A stretch of DNA of 64,000 nucleotides from assembly GCA_014360905.1 (NCBI GenBank), contig JACIWW010000004.1, forward strand, positions 71,994 through 135,993. Direction: 5' to 3'. This DNA comes from Chloroflexota bacterium. Its GTDB lineage: Bacteria > Chloroflexota > Anaerolineae > UBA2200. The position numbers and the translations under genes are program-made. The first letter of the stretch is position 1; every line of letters starts with the position of its first letter. The notes under the pieces are model-generated. The model worked only from the letters and a program-made list of their open reading frames with translations. It was not told the origin of the DNA and ran no database searches. Below, one piece after another: positions 10,363 through 18,739 of the stretch.

Positions 10363-10473
10363 ACGGGTTACCTCCTTTGGCAGCCTTGCTCCTTTGCTAA
10401 ATTATAATGTTCAAGCCCGTCTTGACCGCGGACGGGTATGCGAGGCTTTTGTTTTTGTTCCTGCTAAACTGAC

Positions 10474-11202
10474 TTACTGGGATGACATGGCCCGTGCAAA
10501 TTCAGCGACGGCCTCATCAGAGAGCGGGTCATGGCCCATCGCCAAGAGCACGGCCAGTGGCACGGATATATGATGGGCTCCAGCCAGCAGCGTTTTGACT
10601 GCTTCTTCTGGCGATTTGATGCTGGCTGCCAAAACCTCCGTGCCCCGATCGACAGCCTTGCAGATGCGCACCAGTTCCTTGACAAAAGCCAAGCCATCGC
10701 CGCGCAAGCGTGTGGTCCGATTCACGTAGGGCAGCAGATATGTCGCGCCAGCTTCGCAGGCCAGGTAGGCCTGTGCCGGGCTAAACAGCGCTGTAACTGC
10801 TACAGCGACTCCCCGATCTGAGAACTCGGCTACAAGGGCCATGTTCTCGGTGGAAGCGGGGATTTTGAGCCCTATTCGACCTAGATGCGGGGGGAGATCC
10901 TGATCATCCATTGAGTTATCCACCCATTTGGCAAAGTGCTTGTCGTTTTCTTTCTGGAATTCGTCGTTTAGACGGAGAATCTGCTCAGCCTCTGCTCGCC
11001 GCTCCGAAACGGTTGGTGCGGTCAGTTGATAAAATACGTTTCCCGAACAGATATGGCACAATTCGCGGAGAACTTCCGTTGTCGGGCGCTTTACTTTAGC
11101 CAAGAGCGCCGGGTTTGTGGTGATGCCGCGGACAAAGCCCAGGCTCATTGCCTGACGCGCTTCATCCGGAATCGCAGAGTCGAGATAGATGCTCAAGAGC
11201 AC
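10474..11202 (-). CDS. tal: Transaldolase / fructose-6-phosphate aldolase family protein.
   Basis: 242 aa. LDSA...GITTNPALL N-terminal signature of the short Tal/FSA family. Confidence 0.75.
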   Translation of the reverse strand: MLLSIYLDSAIPDEARQAMSLGFVRGITTNPALLAKVKRPTTEVLRELCHICSGNVFYQLTAPTVSERRAEAEQILRLNDEFQKENDKHFAKWVDNSMDDQDLPPHLGRIGLKIPASTENMALVAEFSDRGVAVAVTALFSPAQAYLACEAGATYLLPYVNRTTRLRGDGLAFVKELVRICKAVDRGTEVLAASIKSPEEAVKTLLAGAHHISVPLAVLLAMGHDPLSDEAVAEFARAMSSQ

Positions 11203-11266
11203 CTCCTATGGAACGCTAAAATAATATATATGCACATTGCGAATGTTGCATTTTGCTCGATAGCCA

Positions 11267-12364
11267 TTAAATGCTCTTCAAACCATGCCCAGTTAGGGGC
11301 AGTACTGTCAGTTCCTGCGCACGGAAGCGCTGACGTAACCGCAACAGAGCAGCAAAAGGCACAGCAGCCGTCGGTTCTACATACAGACCACGCCTAGCCA
11401 AAGCTTCTCTTGCGGCAAGGATCTCCTCGTCATTCACAGTCAACACAGCCCCACCGGATTCGCGCACAGCCCTCAATACATACCTACCCCAAGCTGGTCG
11501 GGTGACCGAGATGCCCTCTGCTATCGTCTTGTCAGGTTGTACCTCTTGAGTATCCTCCCATCCATTCTGCCAGGCTGTAAACACAGGAGCACAAGCCTGC
11601 GCCTGCACGGCAAAGAAACGCGGCATGGTGTGCAGGGCTCCTGCCTCCTGCATTCTCTTCACTGCCATGTAGGTGGAAGCAATCAGCGAGCCATGTCCTA
11701 CGGGGAGGAGCAGATTGTCGGGCATGCGCCCACCCAACTGCTCAAACAACTCGTAGCCCATGGTCACCACGCCCTCGAGGAACATGGGGTGATATGCATG
11801 GCTAGCGTAGTACGCTCCGGCGCTGACCGCCTGTAAAACCGCCTCCGTTGCGCGTGGACGAGGCCCCTCTATAGGGACGAATTCTGCCCCATAAACCTCG
11901 ATCTGAGCACGTTTTGCGGTTGAGGTATGTGCTGGGGCAAAGATGCGCACTCGCAACCCCGCTCGCGCGCCATAGGCTGCTAATGACGCTCCAGCGTTGC
12001 CGGATGAATCATCCACGACATCGCGAATACCCCACGCGCGCAGGAAGCTGACCAACAGAGAGCTACCCCGATCCTTGAACGAACCGGTGGGGGACAAAAA
12101 CTCTAGCTTATACCCCACATGTAGGCCATCCCACTCCTCTAGTAACAGTGGGGTATTGCCTTCGCCCATGCTCACTGGTTCAGCATTGGGGGCCATAGAG
12201 GGAAGGAGTTCGCGATAGCGCCATACCCCTGTTTCTTGTGGGCGGACAGCCGCAAGGCGGAACTCAGGGACGTCTTCTACGAAAAGCGGCTGACCACACG
12301 GACAACGCCAGCGCGTCGTTGGCCAGGTTTCTCTGTATCCGCACACAGCACAGTAAAAGTTCAT
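11267..12364 (-). CDS. PLP-dependent threonine-synthase-like enzyme with an N-terminal Zn ribbon.
   Basis: 365 aa. CxxC...CxC ribbon at the N-terminus. SFKDRGSS PLP-lysine motif of fold-type II (TrpB/ThrC) enzymes. Confidence 0.55.
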   Translation of the reverse strand: MNFYCAVCGYRETWPTTRWRCPCGQPLFVEDVPEFRLAAVRPQETGVWRYRELLPSMAPNAEPVSMGEGNTPLLLEEWDGLHVGYKLEFLSPTGSFKDRGSSLLVSFLRAWGIRDVVDDSSGNAGASLAAYGARAGLRVRIFAPAHTSTAKRAQIEVYGAEFVPIEGPRPRATEAVLQAVSAGAYYASHAYHPMFLEGVVTMGYELFEQLGGRMPDNLLLPVGHGSLIASTYMAVKRMQEAGALHTMPRFFAVQAQACAPVFTAWQNGWEDTQEVQPDKTIAEGISVTRPAWGRYVLRAVRESGGAVLTVNDEEILAAREALARRGLYVEPTAAVPFAALLRLRQRFRAQELTVLPLTGHGLKSI

Positions 12365-13419
12365 GCGGCTCCTACGTCCGCTAGCACCAACGCTAGCGCA
12401 CCGATCAAACCTGCATCATCTCCGAGTGCAGCAGGGACAATGCGAATATCACGCTGTGCTGCAGCGATAACCCGTTCCGCGATGACAGCACGCATTGGCG
12501 CAAAAAGCAGCTCGCCAGCCTTGCTCACACCACCTCCTACGATGATACACTCTGGATCGAAGGCATGGATAAAGGAAACCAGCCCGATACCCAGGTAGAA
12601 GGCAGCGCGTTGCATGACTTGCAGAGCCAGCGCATCTCCCTTTTGAGCAGCCTCGACCACTTCTTTAGCGGTGATGCGCGCGGTCTCATCCCTGACCATT
12701 TCCCATAGCAGCGAGGATTCGCCTTCTTGCAACAATTGCATCGCATGACGGGCAATCGCCGGCCCCGATGCTAATGCTTCCAGACAGCCAATATTTCCGC
12801 AGTTGCACCGTGGTCCATTGGGCTCCACGATGATATGCCCCAATTCTGTTGCCCAGCCATGAGCTCCTAGCAACAGACGTCTGTCCTCAATGACCCCGGC
12901 TCCGATCCCTGTGCTAATGGTCAGATAGATAAGAAAATTTGTCCCCTGACCTGCGCCAAAGCGATGCTCCGCCAAGGCGGCGAGCTTGGCATCATTGCCC
13001 ACATAGATAGGTACATGCAACTCCTGTGCCAGCATGTCACGAAGTGGCCAGTTCTCGAAACCGGGCAAATTGGCTGCTTTGGCGATCACACCGGTGCAGG
13101 GATTCACCGCGCCCGCCGTGGCAACTCCGATACCCAGAACCTGGCTACGCTCAACTTCTTGCAGCGCTTGGCCAATGCAATCCACCAGACGGGACATGAC
13201 ACGGTGGGCTCCTTCGTGAGCCTGGGTCAGAGTGCTGACGCGTTTGAGCACTGTACCCTTTTCGTCAGCCAAAACGGCACGTATCTGGGTCCCACCTAGA
13301 TCCACGCCCACGACGAATCTTCTCATAAGAGCTCCCTTGCACCGAAGTGACATCAAGTATACTGTCATCCTGAGCGTCCGGCAAATGTCGCTCATTGAAT
13401 TACCAACTTGCTGCTCCAC
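12361..13419 (-). CDS. ROK-family sugar kinase (glucokinase-like).
   Basis: 352 aa. VGVDLGGTQIR ATP motif and a CNCGNIGCLEA ROK Zn-binding motif. Its stop overlaps the start of the next gene by 4 nt. Confidence 0.65.
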   Translation of the reverse strand: MEQQVGNSMSDICRTLRMTVYLMSLRCKGALMRRFVVGVDLGGTQIRAVLADEKGTVLKRVSTLTQAHEGAHRVMSRLVDCIGQALQEVERSQVLGIGVATAGAVNPCTGVIAKAANLPGFENWPLRDMLAQELHVPIYVGNDAKLAALAEHRFGAGQGTNFLIYLTISTGIGAGVIEDRRLLLGAHGWATELGHIIVEPNGPRCNCGNIGCLEALASGPAIARHAMQLLQEGESSLLWEMVRDETARITAKEVVEAAQKGDALALQVMQRAAFYLGIGLVSFIHAFDPECIIVGGGVSKAGELLFAPMRAVIAERVIAAAQRDIRIVPAALGDDAGLIGALALVLADVGAA

Positions 13420-13532
13420 TTTGACTCCAAAAGAAAGCCGTGTTACACTTCAGACCAAGACAACTGCTTCATCCGTGATAGGCCATTAGTTAGCCGGCCC
13501 GATGTGAATTATGCGGAAGGGAGAGACCGAAA

Positions 13533-14759
13533 ATGAAAGCAGTGATGTTTCAGTTTAGCATTCCCCGTTATTTGCTCACCTTGGCCCTTGGCCCGCTCAT
13601 CTCTTCAGCCTACTATAGCCCTCTCTCCTGTGTACAACTTGTCGAAGTGCCCGAACCGCGCCTGCTGAACGACCACTGGGTCAAAATCAAGACTCGATAT
13701 GGCGGCATCTGCGGCTCAGATATCAATCTAGTGCAATTGTGCGATAGCCCTTCTTCTTCCCCCTATTCCTCCTTGCCTTTTATTTTTGGGCACGAGAATA
13801 TGGGCGTGGTTGCTGAAGTGGGGACAGCTGTGGAGAACCTGGCTGTTGGTCAACGCGTCATTGCGGATCCTTTGCTGCCTTGCCCCACTCGTGACCTTGA
13901 GGAGTGGTGCGCCCATTGTCAGCAAGGAGAATGGCCCCGCTGTGAGAATTTCCGCATGGGCACGCCAGGTGTGGGGTTCCAGTTAGGCAATAACATCAAG
14001 GTGGGCGGGAGCTGGGCTCCGTATTACCTGGCTCATCCCTTCCAACTCTTCCCTGTGCCAGACAATGTTTCAGATGAGAATGCGATCCTGGTAGATGCTT
14101 TTGCTTCTGCACTGCACGCGGTGATGCGCAATCGACCGGTAGACCAGGAGATAGCCCTGGTTATAGGCGCAGGGATGATGGGATTGGGAGTGGTAGCCGC
14201 ATTGCGTGTCACAGGGTTCAAAGGCTCGCTTCTGGTGGTAGCCAAGTATCCTTTCCAGGCTGAATTGGCCCGACACTATGGCGCGGATGAGATCATTGAC
14301 AGCCGCTGCGATGTCTATGCGGTTATGGCCGAGCGGACCGGTGGCACGTTACACAAACCAGTGCTGGGCAAGCGCGTCATGATGGGCGGTGGGGCACATG
14401 TGGTCTATGAATGTGTCGGGATGGATGAGACCCTCGATGATGCCTTGCGCCTGGCTCGTCCCGGCGGCAAAGTAGCGCTGATTGGCTTGATTGGAGCAAC
14501 CCAAAAAGTGGATTGGACCTTTGCCTGGCTAAAGGAGTTGACTGTGGCCGGCACACTGTGTTCCAGCACCGAAGAATACGCCAATGAGCGCAAGCGGTGC
14601 TATCAACTCATCCTGGATTGGATGTCCAAAGGCCAATTGGACCTGACTCCATTGCTCACCCATCGCTTCCGCTTGGAAGAATACAAAAAGGCACTAGCGA
14701 TGTCCTTTCACAAGAGTCAACATGGCATGGTGAAAGCAGTGTTTGAGTTCGTGGGTTAG
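13533..14759 (+). CDS. Zn-dependent alcohol/polyol dehydrogenase (MDR superfamily) with an unusual N-terminal insertion.
   Basis: 408 aa. GICGSD and GHE..G Zn-binding motifs. CxxC..C structural Zn site. GAGMMG Rossmann motif. Confidence 0.7.
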   Translation: MKAVMFQFSIPRYLLTLALGPLISSAYYSPLSCVQLVEVPEPRLLNDHWVKIKTRYGGICGSDINLVQLCDSPSSSPYSSLPFIFGHENMGVVAEVGTAVENLAVGQRVIADPLLPCPTRDLEEWCAHCQQGEWPRCENFRMGTPGVGFQLGNNIKVGGSWAPYYLAHPFQLFPVPDNVSDENAILVDAFASALHAVMRNRPVDQEIALVIGAGMMGLGVVAALRVTGFKGSLLVVAKYPFQAELARHYGADEIIDSRCDVYAVMAERTGGTLHKPVLGKRVMMGGGAHVVYECVGMDETLDDALRLARPGGKVALIGLIGATQKVDWTFAWLKELTVAGTLCSSTEEYANERKRCYQLILDWMSKGQLDLTPLLTHRFRLEEYKKALAMSFHKSQHGMVKAVFEFVG

Positions 14760-14819
14760 CAACTGATCCTCTCGCGAGCAGTTCGTATAGGAGGGTATCT
14801 TGTCAAGGAGGAGCGAAAA

Positions 14820-15257
14820 ATGAAACTAGGCAGTCCAGAATATCTCGAAGAGGTCAAGAGACGCAGCAATGCCGATGCAACCTATTGCCAGATGATCAAG
14901 AACGATTACGAGTCCTATACCCTGGTGCTACAAGCCGAACCTAACAAGGGGGTCCAGGACACTCTGAGCATTGGCTTCCAGGTAGATCACGGACAGATTT
15001 CTGACATCTGGGTGGGGGAACGCCAGACTGATTTTATCCTGAGTGGGCCTTATGGTGTATGGGTGGACATTTTGCGAGGTGCATTGAATCCCAACAAAGC
15101 GCTGACGATGCGCAAGCTTAAGATCAAAGGGAATATCCTGCAATTGCTGCGGGGGGCTGATTCTACCATCCGCTGGGTGGAAATTCTGCAGACTATTCCA
15201 ACAGAGTTCGAAGGCGCATACGCTCAATATAACTTTTCAGGACGAGCTACTGTATAG
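14820..15257 (+). CDS. Small SCP2 (sterol-carrier)-like domain protein. The assignment is tentative.
   Basis: 145-aa ORF with a strong RBS (aaggagg). Size and amphipathic pattern are compatible with SCP2. I have no motif-level proof. Confidence 0.3.
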   Translation: MKLGSPEYLEEVKRRSNADATYCQMIKNDYESYTLVLQAEPNKGVQDTLSIGFQVDHGQISDIWVGERQTDFILSGPYGVWVDILRGALNPNKALTMRKLKIKGNILQLLRGADSTIRWVEILQTIPTEFEGAYAQYNFSGRATV

Positions 15258-15311
15258 TTGCAATTCGTTGCACGCTGCAGCATTGTTTTTGCAGAGTGAT
15301 AGGAGGATTCG

Positions 15312-16175
15312 ATGGAAATTAACCTAACCGGCAAAGTAGCGATTGTGACAGGTGGCGCTTCTGGCATTGGGCGCGGGATCGCCGAGATGTTTGCCCGGCT
15401 CGGAGCAGCAGTGGTCATAGCCGATCTTGACTTGTCTGCAGCCAACGATGTGGCTAACGCACTGCAAGCGACTGGCCTTCGCGCTATGGCTGTGGAAGTA
15501 GATGTACAGAATGCCAGCCAGGTGGAAAACATGCTGGATCAGACTATAGAGCATTTTGGCCAGGTGGATATTCTGGTCAACTCAGCCGGAGTAGGTTCGG
15601 AATCGCCGATCATCGAAATGCTAGAAGAAGAATGGGATTGGGTGCTAGGCGTCAACCTAAAAGGCACCTTCCTCTGCACCCGCGCAGTGGCCAAATGGTG
15701 GATAGAACACAAACACCCAGGAAAAATCATTAACCTGTCCTCTATCAATGAGACGGTGCCATTGGCTGGTGAAGCGCACTATTGCGCCTCTAAAGGCGGG
15801 GTCATGATGTTCACCCGCGCTGCTGCTCTGGAGTTGGCACCATATGGCATCCACGTCAATGCCCTGGCGCCGGGCATGATCGAAACTGCGCTGACCGAGG
15901 AAATTACTCTTATCCCCGAACTACGTCATGCGCATCTCAAACAAATCCCCTTTGGACGCTATGGACAGCCCGAGGACGTGGCCAAAGCGGCGGCTTTTCT
16001 GGCTTCGGAGTGGTCGGATTGGGTGACCGGCCATAGCCTGTTCGTGGACGGTGGGATGCATCTTATCGGTGAGGAAAGCTACTTGTGGGCTATCGAGCGT
16101 GCTATGATGCACCATGATCGTATCCCGAAGGTGCCTATGTGCTGGCCCCCTGGGGCATTGGGAGATAAAGCCTAA
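15312..16175 (+). CDS. Short-chain dehydrogenase/reductase (SDR) family oxidoreductase.
   Basis: 287 aa. TGGASGIGRG cofactor motif, NSAG, and a YxxxK catalytic pair (YCASK). Confidence 0.8.
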   Translation: MEINLTGKVAIVTGGASGIGRGIAEMFARLGAAVVIADLDLSAANDVANALQATGLRAMAVEVDVQNASQVENMLDQTIEHFGQVDILVNSAGVGSESPIIEMLEEEWDWVLGVNLKGTFLCTRAVAKWWIEHKHPGKIINLSSINETVPLAGEAHYCASKGGVMMFTRAAALELAPYGIHVNALAPGMIETALTEEITLIPELRHAHLKQIPFGRYGQPEDVAKAAAFLASEWSDWVTGHSLFVDGGMHLIGEESYLWAIERAMMHHDRIPKVPMCWPPGALGDKA

Positions 16176-16178
16176 AAC

Positions 16179-16676
16179 GTGGGAGTAAAACGTAAGGGGA
16201 GAAGGGAACAGAACATGGCGGGGGCACGTACAAAGTGCGTGGGTGAAGATAAAGGATTCAAGGTAGTAGCATGGCTATTGGCATTGACGGCGTTGTTGAC
16301 CGTCGTTTTTTGGGTTGTCTTTTTCGCTGACTATGCTGCACAGGATGAATCATACTTCGCCCAGCAATGCGGCGCATGGCTGCTCTGGGAGCGTTCGTTC
16401 CCTGCTGCTGACCTCTGGATGGCCTCTGCCTGCCTTGTCGGGGCGGTTGGACTGTGGAAACGTCGGCCGTGGGGATTGCTTTTTGCCCTGCTGAGCGGCA
16501 GTGCACTCATCTTCCTGGGATTGATGGACGCCTTGTTCTTCTTACAGAATGGACTGTACTGGCCGGTCAACGCTGATGTGATGATTGAAGCAGTTATTCA
16601 CTTGTGGGCGCTGACTTTCGGGCCATTCGTTATTGCCTATACGTGGCGGCGACGCCAGCAGTTGCTGGCTGAGTAG
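16179..16676 (+). CDS. Hypothetical integral membrane protein (about 4 TM helices), probably translationally coupled to the SDR gene.
   Basis: 165-aa ORF starting 4 nt after the SDR stop. Several hydrophobic segments. Confidence 0.45.
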   Translation: MGVKRKGRREQNMAGARTKCVGEDKGFKVVAWLLALTALLTVVFWVVFFADYAAQDESYFAQQCGAWLLWERSFPAADLWMASACLVGAVGLWKRRPWGLLFALLSGSALIFLGLMDALFFLQNGLYWPVNADVMIEAVIHLWALTFGPFVIAYTWRRRQQLLAE

Positions 16677-16974
16677 TATAGCCTGTCCCACAGTTACCGC
16701 CTGGATGACTCGGGCAAGAGTCTGCTGCGCACTTCGTATCGCAACTGAGGATGAGTACACGGCCCTTCCGTATTATTCCTTAACGCGGGCTACTGGTACT
16801 GGATGACCGACACGGTCGTTGTGCTACCCCCATCACCACAATACGATGTCCACCTTGACCATGAGGAGCTACCCATAACACGAGGGCAGAGGGGACTTGT
16901 ACGCACCCTCTGCCCCTTGGCACATTGGGAAGCAAAGTGCTTATAATTCACATGGGGAGCCTAGATAATAACAA

Positions 16975-17298
16975 ATGCGCGGAGATGAATGTATGGGATC
17001 TACAAACGGAATGAACCTCATTGTGTTGAAATGCCCACAGTGTGGCGCAAGTCTCCCACCAGGAGCGGCAGACTACACGGTCTGTCAGTATTGCGGCTCA
17101 AGCCTTGTCTGTGGAAGCCGAGGCAGCGAAGGTGGTGCGCCCTCCTATGGGCATCCGCGAAGCGCTGTAGGGACTCGTAGTGCCGCGTTACTGCGCTCAA
17201 GCGCAGAACCTGCAGATTCTGAGCTACGAACCACCGCCCGATTTCCCTCGGCTGGCCAAGTCCGAAGCCGCCATCAGCGGTGGCTCGGCGGAAAGTAG
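16975..17298 (+). CDS. Zn-ribbon protein (CPQCG...CQYCG). The ORF as drawn probably runs past a frameshift and its tail is non-coding-like.
   Basis: Clear CxxC-x16-CxxC ribbon in the first 45 aa. After about aa 60 the composition turns R/S-rich. Confidence 0.35.
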   Translation: MRGDECMGSTNGMNLIVLKCPQCGASLPPGAADYTVCQYCGSSLVCGSRGSEGGAPSYGHPRSAVGTRSAALLRSSAEPADSELRTTARFPSAGQVRSRHQRWLGGK

Positions 17299-17515
17299 CA
17301 AGTTGCGCATTCGTTACAATTGGCGGGGACAGCAGTTCGACGAGGACATCTACGGCATGGTGGAGATCTTCCGCGCCCCGCTGACCACGATGTTCGGCGC
17401 GGCTGAGATTATTGTCTGGTTTGTGGATGCGCTTTTCTCCTTCCGCACTGCAGATGAGGAACTTTCCCTTAAACTTGTTCATTTGACACTCCTTTTAAGC
17501 GTAAAAGCGCACTGA
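17180..17515 (+). CDS. C-terminal continuation of the Zn-ribbon protein in the +1 frame (GTG at 17180 as drawn by the ORF finder).
   Basis: Protein-like composition (YNWRGQQFDEDIYGMVEIF). The frame-2 stop at 17168 sits immediately upstream, and the two frames overlap by 119 nt. Confidence 0.35.
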   Translation: MPRYCAQAQNLQILSYEPPPDFPRLAKSEAAISGGSAESSKLRIRYNWRGQQFDEDIYGMVEIFRAPLTTMFGAAEIIVWFVDALFSFRTADEELSLKLVHLTLLLSVKAH

Positions 17516-17791
17516 CAAGGACTGAAGACACTTGGGGAAAAAGCAAGGGCATGGTAAAATGGAGGTGGCGGTGCTATGGACAGTCAAGGGGTCTATGCTC
17601 GATGCTACTGATATAATGATACCACAGAAATAGGGAGAGGGCAAATCAGCGAGATTCATGACAGATTGTTGGCTCAGAACAAACGCAGTGTACTGTGCAT
17701 GAGTAGTCTGGATCCCGTCTTGATCGGGCTCGTGCAATAAGAAACCGTATCTTACGCAATTATCTAACCGCACTCGTAGAAAGGGGATAGG

Positions 17792-18739
17792 ATGAAAACG
17801 ACTTTGCTCATAGACAGCACGACGACCATACCCCAGAGCGTTATAGACGAATATGGAGTTCCGATGATTCCTGTGCCTATCCAGGTTGCAGGCAGGGAAT
17901 ATCGCGACGGAGTTGACCTTACCCTGGAAAGATTCTGTGATCTGTTGGAAACCTCGAAAGATCGTCCCACCACGGCCGTACCTGGCTTGGGAGAATTCGT
18001 CTCCTTTTACGAACAACTGTTGCAAAGATACAAAAACATTGTGTATCCTGCTCCCAGCCCCAGGCTCACTGGTATCTTCAATGCTGCAGTCCAGTCGGCA
18101 AGGAGCATCGAGGGAGCCAAAATTGTGGCAGTAGACCCTCCTGAGGAATGGGGCACCGAATTATACGTGGTTCATTCTGACGATCCCCAACTGCGGGAGC
18201 GACTGTCCAAGGTCAGCAAGGAAGATGCTCCAGTGATCGCTGTCGTGAACACCGGCTACGTCTCAGGCGCTGCGGGTTTGATTGCAATGGAAGCACTCAA
18301 AGCCATTCAGGAGGGACTTGAGCTGGACGAAGTGGTCTATAGGATGGCTGCAGTCAAACCCCAAACGGGCATTTACTTTATCCTCACAACCCTGGACTAT
18401 GTGGTAGATCGCGTGGGACATTTGCGCGCGTTGATCGGCACCTTGCTCAAAATAAAACCGGTATTGGCCATCAGGCAGGGCATGGTTGAGGAAGAAATCA
18501 AGGTCAGAGGCGAAGGCAAGGCGAAAAGAGCGCTGATTGAATTGCTGAAACAACGCGTAGGCGATAGAGAAGTAGATGTGTATGTGCTACATTCGCTGGC
18601 GCAGGCAGAAGCAGAAGATCTCTTGGAACAAGTAAAGAGCGAACTAAACGTCAGAAATTGGTGGCTTGGTGGTATCGGTTGTGCGGTCAGCCGATACACT
18701 GGCCGGGGCGGACTGGGGATTGCTTTCATCGCAAGGTAG
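17792..18739 (+). CDS. DegV-family fatty-acid-binding protein (FakB-like).
   Basis: 315 aa. N-terminal LLIDSTTTIP pattern typical of DegV (IDS..DLP). Paralog of the ORF at 50479..51318. Confidence 0.75.
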   Translation: MKTTLLIDSTTTIPQSVIDEYGVPMIPVPIQVAGREYRDGVDLTLERFCDLLETSKDRPTTAVPGLGEFVSFYEQLLQRYKNIVYPAPSPRLTGIFNAAVQSARSIEGAKIVAVDPPEEWGTELYVVHSDDPQLRERLSKVSKEDAPVIAVVNTGYVSGAAGLIAMEALKAIQEGLELDEVVYRMAAVKPQTGIYFILTTLDYVVDRVGHLRALIGTLLKIKPVLAIRQGMVEEEIKVRGEGKAKRALIELLKQRVGDREVDVYVLHSLAQAEAEDLLEQVKSELNVRNWWLGGIGCAVSRYTGRGGLGIAFIAR

